Below, one piece after another: positions 1-12,000 of a DNA stretch of 64,000 nucleotides. This DNA is from Candidatus Omnitrophota bacterium. GTDB lineage: Bacteria > Omnitrophota > Gorgyraeia > 1-14-0-20-64-10. Position numbers and translations under genes: made by a program. Every line of letters starts with the position of its first letter. Positions within the stretch are counted from its first letter, which is position 1. The stretch covers positions 4,248 to 68,247 of the forward strand of contig JAHFFE010000004.1 of assembly GCA_023248155.1 (NCBI GenBank), given 5' to 3'. The notes under the pieces are model-generated. The model was not told where the DNA came from. It worked only from the letters and a program-made list of their open reading frames with translations, and did no database searches.

Positions 1-2
1 CG

Positions 3-3000
3 GACAGCGGCGCGGATCCGGCTTTTGTGATCGGCTATGATGCCGCCGGCCGTCCGGAATCCGTTACGCTCAACCGCTACGAGTTTGTACCGGCTGAGTA
101 TCGTTATGTGCTGCGTCAAAACTCAGTTTTCTCGGTGCAAGGTTCGGAAGGCGCCGACTTGGGTAATGTACCGCTGGCCAATCGCCGCTATCCGCTGCTG
201 GTTCCGTTGATCGTCAACGACACGCTGGCCGCCATTAATGAATTTGATAATACCGGACGCCGTACCCTGACGCATAATTTTACGCTCGATACGACCTCAG
301 GCGGAACATGGGCGGTCAAGCGCAGCGGCCATACGGAATATTTTTATCAGGCCGACAATACCTCGACGGATGAGGATGAGAGTTTCCGTCTGTTGATGAC
401 ACGGCAGCGGCTGGGCGATAACGCCAATCCCGCGCTGAACCGCCTGGGGACGGATACGGTTTTCGGCAAAGACGGCACGCACGGCATTTATTCGATTGCC
501 TATGACGCGGCCGGCGCTGCGGAAGCGCTGAGCATTTTACGCTACCCGGCGGCCGTGGATAATCCCAACACGCCGCAGAATGAAACGCAGGCGGCTTCGC
601 AAGTGTGGCAGTATCAAATTGAAGGCGCTCCGGACAATCCGATTGTCTGCGTCGGCACGACCTGCACAGCGCCCAATTATGCGCTGGTTGAAGACGCGCT
701 CGGCGGCGTCAAAATCGCGGGCGATGACCGGCTGTTCCGCAAGACGGTCAATAACGCCGCCGGCACGGAAGCGCTCTACAATCTCGATTACGACAGTTCC
801 TTTGGCGCCGGCAACGAGAAAATAGTCTCCATGAGTGTCCTTCGTTATGGCGAGCAAACGGTTGCCGGAACGGTCACGCAGACCATTCCCGCGGCCGGCA
901 CCACGGCGGCCGTGACCCAAAATAACGCGGCTGTGACAGGCGGCATCAAGCGCCGGATGAATACCGAGACCTGGATCTATGACGCCATCGACAGACTTAC
1001 CGGAATTGCCCAGCCTGATCCTGTAGCCGAAGAGCCGCTGGGCGGCCGCAAGCTGGACGGTAATGATGTCTTGGCGCGCAAGGTTTTCAATGACAAAGTC
1101 TTTGGCCGCGTCAGCTATGAGATCGGCTATGATGCCGATACCGGCAAAGCCGTGCTTTTGACGCACAACCATTACGCGCTTGCGGATGACGCGGCGACCG
1201 CTGCGATCGATGAGCGGCTGGTGCGCATGTCCAGCGCCGAATACGTTATTACGGATGATAGCCAGCCTGTCGTGCTAGTTCCGGGTGCGCCTCTTATTCC
1301 GACCGGACTGCCTCCGGGCGTGACACAACCGCTGCCGGAGCGTGTCAGCGGCGCAGTTTTCCTCAGCCGTTGGATGGAGTTCGACGACCGCGGCCGCACC
1401 AAGGCCTTTACCACCTTTGCCCGGGACTCGGACCAAAACGATCCTAAGGCGGTCTTCTACTCGGTGTTTGATTATGCCAGCTATAATCCCGCGGATCGCG
1501 TGACCTTCGGTATGAACAGCACAATTCACCAATACAAGGTCAAAGACCAGGCCGATGGATTGGCGGCTGGCACACCGTATCAAAAAATTGCCGGCGACGA
1601 TGAGCTAATCTCCAAAACCGAACTCGATACCACGCCGGGCAACGGCAACGATGAACTCAAAACGTTTACTTACGAAGACCAGGCGGGTACGCCGGTTGTT
1701 GTTACGCGCACGGATTATGAATATAACCTGGACAGTGCCTCCCATCGCCTGTCGCTTAAATCTGCGAAGACGTACCGGATGTTCGGCGCAGCCCAAGTTC
1801 TTTTCCAAAAGACCGAATATGTGGGCGCGCAGCGCCGCCGTGAAAAAGTGAACCGGGTGATTACGTATCGTGCCGATGGTGTCACGGTCAGCCACACATC
1901 CATGTACTCCTATAACCTTGATGGAACACTGAGCAAGGTGACGGAATATTATCCGGACGGCACGCTGCGGTCCGAAACACAATACAAACAAGTCGGCATT
2001 CAATCTTTGGTTTCCAGGCAGATCCGCTATCGCCTGGATGGTTTTGTGGACGTTGCCTCCGATTATGAATATGAAGGCACGGCCATCCGCAAGATCATCC
2101 AGCGTGACCGCATGGGCCGCATTCTGGCCATCGGAGTCTATGAAGGTTTGGCCGAAGACGAATTGCAGAAAACCCAGACCACCTACGGCCTCGACGGGCA
2201 GGTCAGCGAGATTACGACCTTTTTTTATGACGTCGATAAGGTGCTGATCCGCACCGAAGCCGAATCCGTGACCGGAGTGATTACGACATCCACCTTTGAA
2301 GGTGAACGCCGGCATGAACGCGTCAAGGAAGTCAAGGTCCAGCAGAAAGATTCCATGGGCATGGTGAGTGACGAGACGCTGACCAAGTATATTTACAAGA
2401 CGACAGACAACTCCGGCAATCCGATCCCGTTTGATCTGCAGATGCTGGAGCGGACCGAGACCCGTAACCTTAAATCAACGATTACCACGCTGGCGGGCCC
2501 GATCAATCCTTTGATGCAGATCCAATACTTTACCGGCGCGCGCGGCGAAGAAGTGCTGGATTACGTGAAGCATTTCAGCGTGGATGATGCGGGCCGTGAA
2601 CAGCTTGTCGCCATGGATTTAAAACTTTATCGCAGCCGGAATAACCCGTTCCAAGTCAGCGGCCTAAACTACGGCCTGGATGCCAATCTGGCTTATGACC
2701 GCGCAGCAGATGCGGACTTCCAGGCGCCGCTTGTGGCGGAGTTGAGTTTCGCCTACCGCAATAAGCCTGTGCCGCCCGCAGGCCAGTTTCCGGATCAGCT
2801 TGTGCCGCTGACGCTCGTGGTCTACGACATTGCGCAGGGCCAGCCGCGCCGCCGTCTGGTTAGAAACTTTTATGAAGTCACGGCGGCTCCGATGAATGTT
2901 ACGAACTTCCTGGGCTTTGCCAACGTAAGCGCGGCCAATCTCGGCGAACCGATTACGACTGCGGAGTATACGTATGTCGAGGATGCGCTGAACAAAGTTG

Positions 3001-6000
3001 TGACCTTTGACAAAGCCACGCTGGATGTGCGATCCGTCACGCTTTATTCGGGCTTGCCCGGCAAGGAACGCATCACGTCGGTGACGACTTACAAGCTGCC
3101 GGATTCCAGTTCGGCCACGCATGATTTCCGCACGCGTATGCTGGCCGATATCAATCACGACGGCATTGTAAACAATTACGACGTTTATTTGCTGCAGCAG
3201 TCGATCAACGTGCTGGGTTTTGGGATTCCGGCCTCCGGTACCGGCGTGGCCGTGGGCTTGCGTGATCTGAACGGCGACGGCCGCGTGGATGCCCAGGACG
3301 CCCAGGCGCTGGAACAGGCGGTCAATGCTTTGCGCAGTGTTTCTACCACCAATCTATCGGCACTGCTTTCCGGCGCCGTCATGCAAGTGGATGCCAACGG
3401 CGATGGCGTCGTCGACCAGGCGGAATTAAATGCTTATGGCACAGCGGTACGCAATTATGTAGACGTGGATTTCAGCGGCAGTGTGGGGGCGGGGGATATT
3501 CAAATGATCCAGCGCGCCATGCTGGCCCTGTCGAATTTCGATTCCGACGGCGACAGCGTCAGCGATCTGGCCGAAACCTTTGCCGGCACGGATCCACTCA
3601 GCCCGGTCAGCGGCCCGGATACGGATGGGGACACGATCCCGGATACGGTTGAAATGTCGCTTGGTTCTAACCCGTATGACAGCGCGGATACGCCCGCGAC
3701 CATGATCGATTCGGACCGCGACAGCCGCAGTGACGCCTATGAAAATGCGGCACATACGGACCCCAACGACGCGTTGGAATATCCGGGCAATGCGATTGAT
3801 TCCGATTTTGACGGCTATTCCGATAATGTGGAAACGCGTTATGCGCATACAAGTCCGCGCGATAACTCGGATTTCCCCGGAACCAGCGTCGATACGGACG
3901 GCGACGGCTATAGCGATTCTTATGAACGTCTGACCGGAACGCGTTTTGACGCGGGCGGGGCAAGTGATAATCTGGGCTCGGCAAGTTATCGTGATCAAGA
4001 TGTGGACGGCTTCAGCGATCTTTATGAAAAATTCAGGGGCACGGATTTCAAAGATGCCCGGGATACGCCTGAAGTTTCGACCGACACGGATGCCGACGGC
4101 ATCAGCGACGCTTTTGAATTAAGACTGGGCTCGAATCCGTTCAACGCTTCCGACCTGCCCAATGCGGCCTGGACCGGACCTGCGATCGATGCGGATTCCG
4201 ACGGTCTCAGTGACGCCCTCGAATTATTTGCCGGCTCCAATCCCTTTGATTCGCGGGATATTCCGGATTTGGCGACTTACCGGCCGGTACGGGATACGGA
4301 TCTGGACGGCGTAAGCGACAGCCTTGAACTTCACTATCACGTGAATCCCTATGATGCGTTGGACACGCTCAACTCCGCACGCACGGGGATGGCCAATCCC
4401 GCATTGCAGGATCCGGACGGAGATTTGTTATCCAGCAGTCTTGAACTTTTTATCGGGATCAACCCCAATGATTCCGCGGATCAAGCTGCGGGTGATTTGT
4501 GGGTGCTGGGGATGTCCGGCGCCGGGGTGATCCAATACACGTTAGAAAGCGCGGAAGGTCAATCCATCTATGATCTGTATCGCACGATTCTCGGCCGCGA
4601 TCCCAAAAAAGGCGAGTTGATCCGCGATCTTGTCGATCTCCAGTCCGGTAAAATCACTTTGGAAAGCTTGAAAACGCAGATGCTCTCCTCGGAAGAATAT
4701 GCCGAAACGCGCAGTCTGATGGCACGTGTTACCCACGCGGTCAGCGAAACCCTGCAGGCCTATACGGGCATGCAGCGCGCCGAACAGATTGCTTTTGCGG
4801 CCGGCTTCGGCATTTCTGCCGCCATGGCCGCCAGCCTGAATTTAGATTCGGTTTCTGCGATTGTCAGTTACCTGACGCAGCAAAGCCTGCACTTTGGCGT
4901 CAGCGCGTTTACGGCACTGACATTCATGTTTGAAAAACACGGCGCTGAGGAGTTGGCCTATGACGAATTGGCGCGCCGTGCGCTGCTGACGGATATTTTG
5001 GCCGGCGTCCTTAGGCCCGAAACCCAGGGCGAATTGGTCTTGTCCGCGTTTGCCCTTCAAAAAATAGCCGAACAGGCGGGCTTGAAACTGGCCGGACGGC
5101 AGGCGGCGTTTGAAGACCTTTCGCGATTTAACCTGCCGGCCATCATTCATTTGGACGGCGATCACTTTGCGGTGCTTGAGACTGTGAACGGCGAAACGGT
5201 AGCCATCCGTGAATATACCGGCGATTTGTTTGAACTTTCCAAAACTGAATTCCGCAAGCATTGGGATGGTTTCATCATGGCTCCGCAGAGTGCCTCTGAA
5301 CAAGGCCTGTTGGATGACGCAGCGCTCAAGCTGATCCGCGGGGCGGACATGGTTTTCCGTCTCTATCCTATGACGGATGCCGATGGCGACGGACTTAGCG
5401 ACAGCCTGGAAACCGCGTTGAAAGCGGCAGGCTATGACGTCGATCCCAACCGCGCGGATAATAAAAATATCATTGATTTTGATTTGGACGGTGACGGCGT
5501 TTCAGACCGCGATGAATTGCAGCTGGGAACCAACCCGCATGACGCCGCGGACAAACCCAAGGCCGATCTTTCCGGCCCCGAAACCGACGCCGATGGCGAC
5601 GGCTTCAGCGATAAACTCGAACTAGCGCTTGGAACCAGCCCGTCGCAGGCAGCGGATAAACCCAATGCCTCCAGGACACGGCCCGCCGTCGATCAGGATG
5701 CCGACGGCACAAGCGATATCCGCGAATTGGAACTGGGAACCGATCCGGCCGACGCGTTCAGCCGGCCGTCAATGGACAGTGACGGCGACGGCAGCAGCGA
5801 TGCGGCAGAAAAGACAGCCGGAACCAATGTCTATGACCCGGCAGATTTTACGGGCAGTAGTTCGTGGAGGGATTCGGACGGCGACGGTATTTCTGATTCG
5901 CGTGAAAAACTGGAAGGCACCGGCCCGAATGACGGGGCGGATTATACCGGCGGTCCGAATACGCGTGATTCTGACAATGACGGCTTCAGCGACCGCTATG

Positions 6001-9000
6001 AAGCCGCGCAGGGAACCGATCCGACTGAACGCAAAGATACGCCGCGTTTTAAGGTCGATAGTGATCAGGACGGGATCAGCGATTTGCGCGAAAAGAAACT
6101 GGGCACGAACTGGCTTGACCAGGCCGATCTGCCTGGGAGCGCCATCGATACGGACGGCGACGGCGCTAGTGACAGCCAGGAAAAATTACTACACACCAGT
6201 TACACCGATGCGGCGGACGCGCCGGCCACCAAGGTGGATGCGGACGGCGACGGCTGGAGCGATACGCTGGAAATGCGCCTTGGCACAGACCCGTTCAAAG
6301 CGCTGCAGAATCCGGGCATGGATTCTGACGGAGACGGGATCACGGATCTGGACGAGCGCCGCCTTGGTTCGAATATGTACAGCTCAAGAGAACAGCCGGG
6401 TAATTTTACCGACACTGATTTTGACGGCCGGAGCGATACGCTTGAAATGCTGGATGGCACCAATCCCGAGGACGCTGCGGATTATAAGGGCGCGCCGGGT
6501 TACGCGGATACGGACCGCGATGGCACCAGCGATGCGTATGAAATATTCCTAGGTCTCGACCCGAAGAATCCCTCTTCCAATCTGCGCACGGATACGGACA
6601 AAGACGGCATCCCGGATGTTGTGGAGAAAAAACTGGGTGTGGATAAAGACACCGACGGTGACGGGCTTAAGGATTGGGATGATCCGGATTCCGACAACGA
6701 TGGTTTCTCCGATGGGTACGAAGTCAGAGCCAATACCGATCCGCGCTCGGCGGGCTCTAAACCGCAGCGTCCCGCACTCTCGTCGGAAGCTGGCTGGGCC
6801 ATCCAAAGAGCAAGTCTTATTGCCGGTGGAAGTTTAGGGTATGCCGTCAATCTGAGCGCAATGCTGTATGCGGCCCTGGAAGAAACCCCGGTACAGGCCC
6901 AAATGCTTGCCGCGATTGTAGCCGTCCGCTCTCTTGAGGCCATGACAGCGCTGCTGGAAGGGGAGAGGAATTTCCTTGTGCCGGCCGACAAAGACGCGGT
7001 GGCGCAGATCATCTTACGTTTAACAGATTTGAAAGAGCCGGGTATGGCTGCCAGCATTGCGGTCCAAGCCCAAGACCTTGCGCGAGGCTTTATCAACCGT
7101 TATCAGCTGATGGGCTATCCGGCACCTGAGACCATAGCTAGGGCCGCGGATACCGTGATTTTAATGTATGCGCTTACGGTAGAAATCGACCCCCCTCTTG
7201 CAGCGACGGAGGCGGCCATTGCCAAAGCCAGGGAAGCGGCCTTTAATTTGGCGGAATTGATTCCGGGTTTTGACGCAAAAATGATCGAAGCGCAGTTTGA
7301 AAAACTGGCAAAGATCCGTGCGGATGCAATTGCAGCGGCAGCCGCGATGCAAGCGCTCTTAGCAGGTTTAGCGCAATCCCTGACAGTAAAAATTCAACCA
7401 GGCTCCGATGCCACGGAAGCGGTGGTCGCTGAGGCTAAAGAACTTGTCGCCGATTTGGCAAAATTGATTCCGGGTTTTGATGTGGAAAGAATCGAAATTG
7501 AGTTTGACAATTTAGAAGAAGCCCGCGCGAATGCTGCAAGCAATCCGGCAGCGGCCGCGGCCGCGTCGTCCCGCATTGAAACGCTGTTATCCGATATCAC
7601 GCAAGCCCTGACCAAAGAAATTAAACCCGGTTCAGATGCGACGGAAACAGTCATTGCCAAAGCCAAAGAAGCTGTTTTAGATTTGGCGGAATTGATTCCG
7701 AATGCTCCGACGGAAAACATCGAAGCCCAGTTTAAAAAGCTGGCAACGGTCCGTAAAGATGCCATGGCTGCCGCCGCTGCCGCCGGGACCCTGCAATCCG
7801 ATATTTCAACGGCCGGCAGCCCGAATGCTGTAACCGCCAAAGGCGCGGCGCTGGCCGCCCAGCTTACTGCGGAAATTTCCACGGCGGATACCGTGTCCGA
7901 ACAGGCGCCGGTGACGGCGGCGGTAATCGCGGCTTCGTCCTTGCAGACGCTGGCAGCCATTCTCAGTGCCGAGAGTATGCCGCAGGTTGTCCGTGATCGG
8001 GCCGGCGAGGCGCTTGTGCGCGCAGCCCAAATTGCATCTTCGGCGCAAGCAGCTTCGGCCGTGGCTAGCGCCAAAGAAGCGGCGGATTTGGCTCAAAGCC
8101 TGTTGTCCCAAGCGCGGGATTTGGATGCGGCTGTACCCGCGGCGGCCGCTGTCGCAGCCGATACGGCGGTTTTGGCGCAGGCTCTAGCCCAAGAACTTCA
8201 GCCCGGAAACCCTGCGAGCAAAGCGGCCATTGCAGCCGCCGCGCAAATCACAGCCTATTTAACCCAACTGACGCCCGGCTTCAGCGAGGACAGCGCGGCA
8301 ACGCTGCTGCAAAATCTTTCAGACGGAATGAGTTCGGGAATTACAACATTTGAGACCAAAGCCGCGCTGGCGGCCAAGGCTGTCAGCCTGGCGGCTGAGT
8401 TGGCTGAATCTCTGTCCACGCAGAGCCAGACAGCCGCAGTGATTGCGGCCCAAGCAGCAACTCAGGCCGTGGTTTCACTGGCTTTGGCGGCCGAGGAACT
8501 TTCCGCGGCCGGCCTGCCGGAAACCGTAAAATCCGCAGCGAACGCCGCCGCGTCGCGGGCTGCGGCGTTAGGCGCAAGTCTGGCCGGATCTTCAGTGACG
8601 GCCGAACGAGCTTCGGCCGCGGCGGAAGAAGCCGGTGCGCTGATTACAAATCTGGCGGCGCTTGTGGATGAAAATACGGGGTCTGTGCCGCCGGCCGTTC
8701 TGCGGGCGGTGCATGCGGCCGAATTGTCACAAGAGTTGATCGAGGCCGCCGTCCAGGATCGTATGGAGAATACCGCAGGCCTGGCGGCAGAAATCGCCTT
8801 GAATATGACGGCCTCTGCGCCGGGATTTGCGCCTGCCGGGATTGTTGAAGCCATGAACCGGCTGGTTCTTTCCGTGGTGGACGATCAGGATGGAGACGGC
8901 GTCAGTGATGCGCAGGAAACTGAACTTGGCTTGGATCCGCTTAAAGCCGACACGGACGGCGATGGCTTTGGCGACGGCGAGGAATTGTCGTTGGGTACGG

Positions 9001-12000
9001 ACGGCCGGGATAGTTCGAGCAGCGCGCGCGATTATGGCCGCTTCCAGTTGACGCCGCAATCGCTTGCGATTGCGGATATCGACGACAACGGCCTTGTCGA
9101 TCAGGCCGATTTTGCCATCCTGCATAATTTATTAACGAACTTCATCGACATCGACCGTTCCGGCACGCTGGATGAAGGTGATATTCAGCGCGAAAATGAG
9201 ATTGCGCGTTTCTTCAGCCTGGCCGCCAGCCAGCAGCAGCTCGACCGTGCCAATGTCAATGGTGATGATGTTGTTGACGACAAAGACATCGAGGCGATGG
9301 AGGCGGTCCTTAAGTATTACAAAGATGTCAGCGGCGACGGGGTGGTGAGTATGGAAGATGTTGCGATTCTGGACCGTTTGAGATCCCTAGCGGTGCCGAT
9401 CACGCCGGCCGAAGCCCGCAAAGCCGATGTTAACGGGGACGGCGTGATCAACCGGGACGATCTGGAGATGATTGAAGATATCCGCAAACGGCTGGTGGAC
9501 ATGAATGACGACGGCAAGGTGGATTCAACGGATATCGAGCGTTTCCGTGAAGTTCTCGAAGCCTGGAAATTAAAAGTGACGTCGCAGGAGCGCAGTCTGG
9601 CTGATTACAACAAGGATGGCGTCGTGGACGCGTTTGACCGTTTCGCACTGCTGAATGACCTTAAGCTAATGCAGGATGTCAACGGTGACGGCAGTATCGA
9701 CGGCATTGACATTCGCCGCATTGAAATGCTGGTCGGAACGGACAAACAATTTCAGGACATTACCGTGGCCATGGTCAACCGTTCCGACTTCAATGCCAGC
9801 GGCCTGATTGAGGTCGAGGATTACAATGCCATCCGCGATGCTTTCGAGCATACGGTCAATATTGACGGCAATGCCAGCGTGGATGCGGCCGACCTTGAGC
9901 GCCTGAAACTGATCATCACCTATGTCCGGGACGGCGTAGACCCGGAAGAATTGGTGCGCGCCGACGTCTTTCATGACGACCAACTCACCAAGGCGGATTA
10001 CGAGCACTGGAAGATCGCTTATGACACGCTCTATGGCCCAGGCGCCAAGCCTTTGGCGGATTTTGACGGCGATGGCAAGGTGACAAGTTTCGATCTTAAC
10101 CTTTTATCGAATCTGACGGCGCGCAATGCCGATCAGCAGCTTTTGCGTGACGCCATCCGCGCGGATGTCAACGGCACGCGCCTGATTGATCCGGCGGATT
10201 ACCGTTTGGTCAAAGACAACGTGGACACGCTGATTGACGTGGACGGCAGCGGCAAGACCACGAGCGCGGATCTTGACCGCATCGTCAAGATCATGGATCT
10301 GAATGACAACGCGCTCAGTTTCAGTGCAGAGACCGTGCGCCGCGCCGATCTGGACCGCGACGGGACGGTCAGTCCCGCCGACAGTAAGGCCTTCAAAGAC
10401 GCGCTTCTGCTGCTGTATTCGGGCTGGGGGCAGCCGAAGATTGATCTTAACGGCATTGATGTGAACCGCGACGGCATTTATGAACGGACCGGCGACCACA
10501 AAATCGATATCCTGGACATTCAGGAAATGGACAATATCCGCGATTTCCTTGAGTTCAAGACCGAGACGGATGCCGGGCCGCTGGAAAATTACGACGTGGA
10601 CGGAAACGGCACGGTCAATGATGCGGACCGCGATGAAATCGTGCGTAATCTGGAGCGGCTCAAGGACCTCAACCATGACCGCGTCATTAACCTCAAGGAT
10701 AAAGAGCGCCACGAATTGATCATTCACAACATTGCCGACGGTTATGTGGATCTGAAGTATTTTTATACGACGTCCGATGAACTCCTGCGTGCCAATCTAG
10801 AAGGCAATGACAATGATATTGACCAGAATGACTATGAGGCCCTGCGCGCGGGCGTGAATAGTTTCTCGACGGAATCCCGTTTTGACATTGATAACAACGG
10901 CCGGGTGGACCGCGAAGACCTGTACCGCATGAAATTCGTTCTGGAAAATCGCAGCCGCAATCAGCTGGTTAAAGCGTCTTATGTCGTCAAGGCGGATCTC
11001 AACAATGATGGCAAGATTTCGCTGGCGGACCGCACTCTGCTGCAAAATGCCATTCAGACCGGTTCAACACAGACGGCGCTCTATGACATCAACGAAGACG
11101 GCAGTGTGAACCAGGCTGACGGCGATACGCTCTTCCACATCTGGAAATACCTGGATTCTCGCGATCTGGTCAACGCTGACGTCAATCATGACGGCAAGCT
11201 GACGGATGCAGACGCTAACTTGCTGGAGAGCAAAATTCAGGCTGGCGGAGCGGACCTTCTGTTTGATATCAATGGCGATGACTTGATCAATGGCAATGAC
11301 GTGCTTGCACTGCGCAATATCGCTTCGCGCTGGGCCGTGCCTGGGATTACGCTGGCAGACCTGCGCCTGGCGGACGTAGACCTTGGTGTTGTGACGGGCA
11401 ACGGGCTCTTGGAAAGCGAAGATTTGACCGTGTTTGGCGCGGCCTATGACAAAATCATCCGCCTGGATGTTGACGGCGACGGCGTATTGACCGGCAGCGA
11501 ACTGGTCAAAATCAACGAAGTGCTCGGCGTCGTTCTTGGCCGGCGTGTATTCCCGCAGACGATCATTGATAAGGCCGATGTCAATCGCGACGGCACGGTC
11601 AACTCCGCCGATCAGGACATGACAGATCTTGCGCTCAAGCGGATTGCGGGACTTTATGATCCCGAACTAGAAAATGTGGAGGAGGCTAAAACCAAGATCG
11701 ACCGGATTATCCGTTTCCTGGATCTGCAGGCCGCGGCGGTTCTGCGCACCAAGGCGGATAAAGATCAAAACGGCGTGACCTCCGCCGGGGAATTGAATGA
11801 TCTGGCCGCGAGCCTGACCCTGCAAGGGTATGCCCAGGCGGAAGTCAACCGCATCATGACGGATGTCAATGCCGTACTTACGGATGCGGAGAAAGAACGC
11901 GGGGATATTGACCATGACGACGACGTGGATACGACAGACCGCGACCTTCTGGCCGCAGCTCTGAGCAAGGCCGCGCTCTACGATGTCAACGGCGACACGG

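Noticed and set aside
4860-5290. Calling the C39-like domain an active bacteriocin-processing cysteine protease
   Set aside because: The residue aligned with the catalytic Cys reads Phe (HFG rather than dCG). Only a C39-like, probably non-catalytic, annotation is justified.
3540-6760. Tandemly repeated DNA (gacggcgacggc-rich) that could be mistaken for a CRISPR array or satellite
   Set aside because: The repeats are in-frame, encode D-x-D-G-D-G-x-S-D protein motifs, have variable spacer-like segments that are themselves coding, and lack the constant-length direct-repeat and spacer structure of CRISPR.
6780-8870. A gene boundary or operon junction in the Ala-rich region, or multiple separate genes along the window
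   Set aside because: There is no stop codon in frame 3 anywhere and no intergenic-looking AT-rich gap. I did not scan for promoter or RBS motifs. The protein motifs continue seamlessly on both sides.
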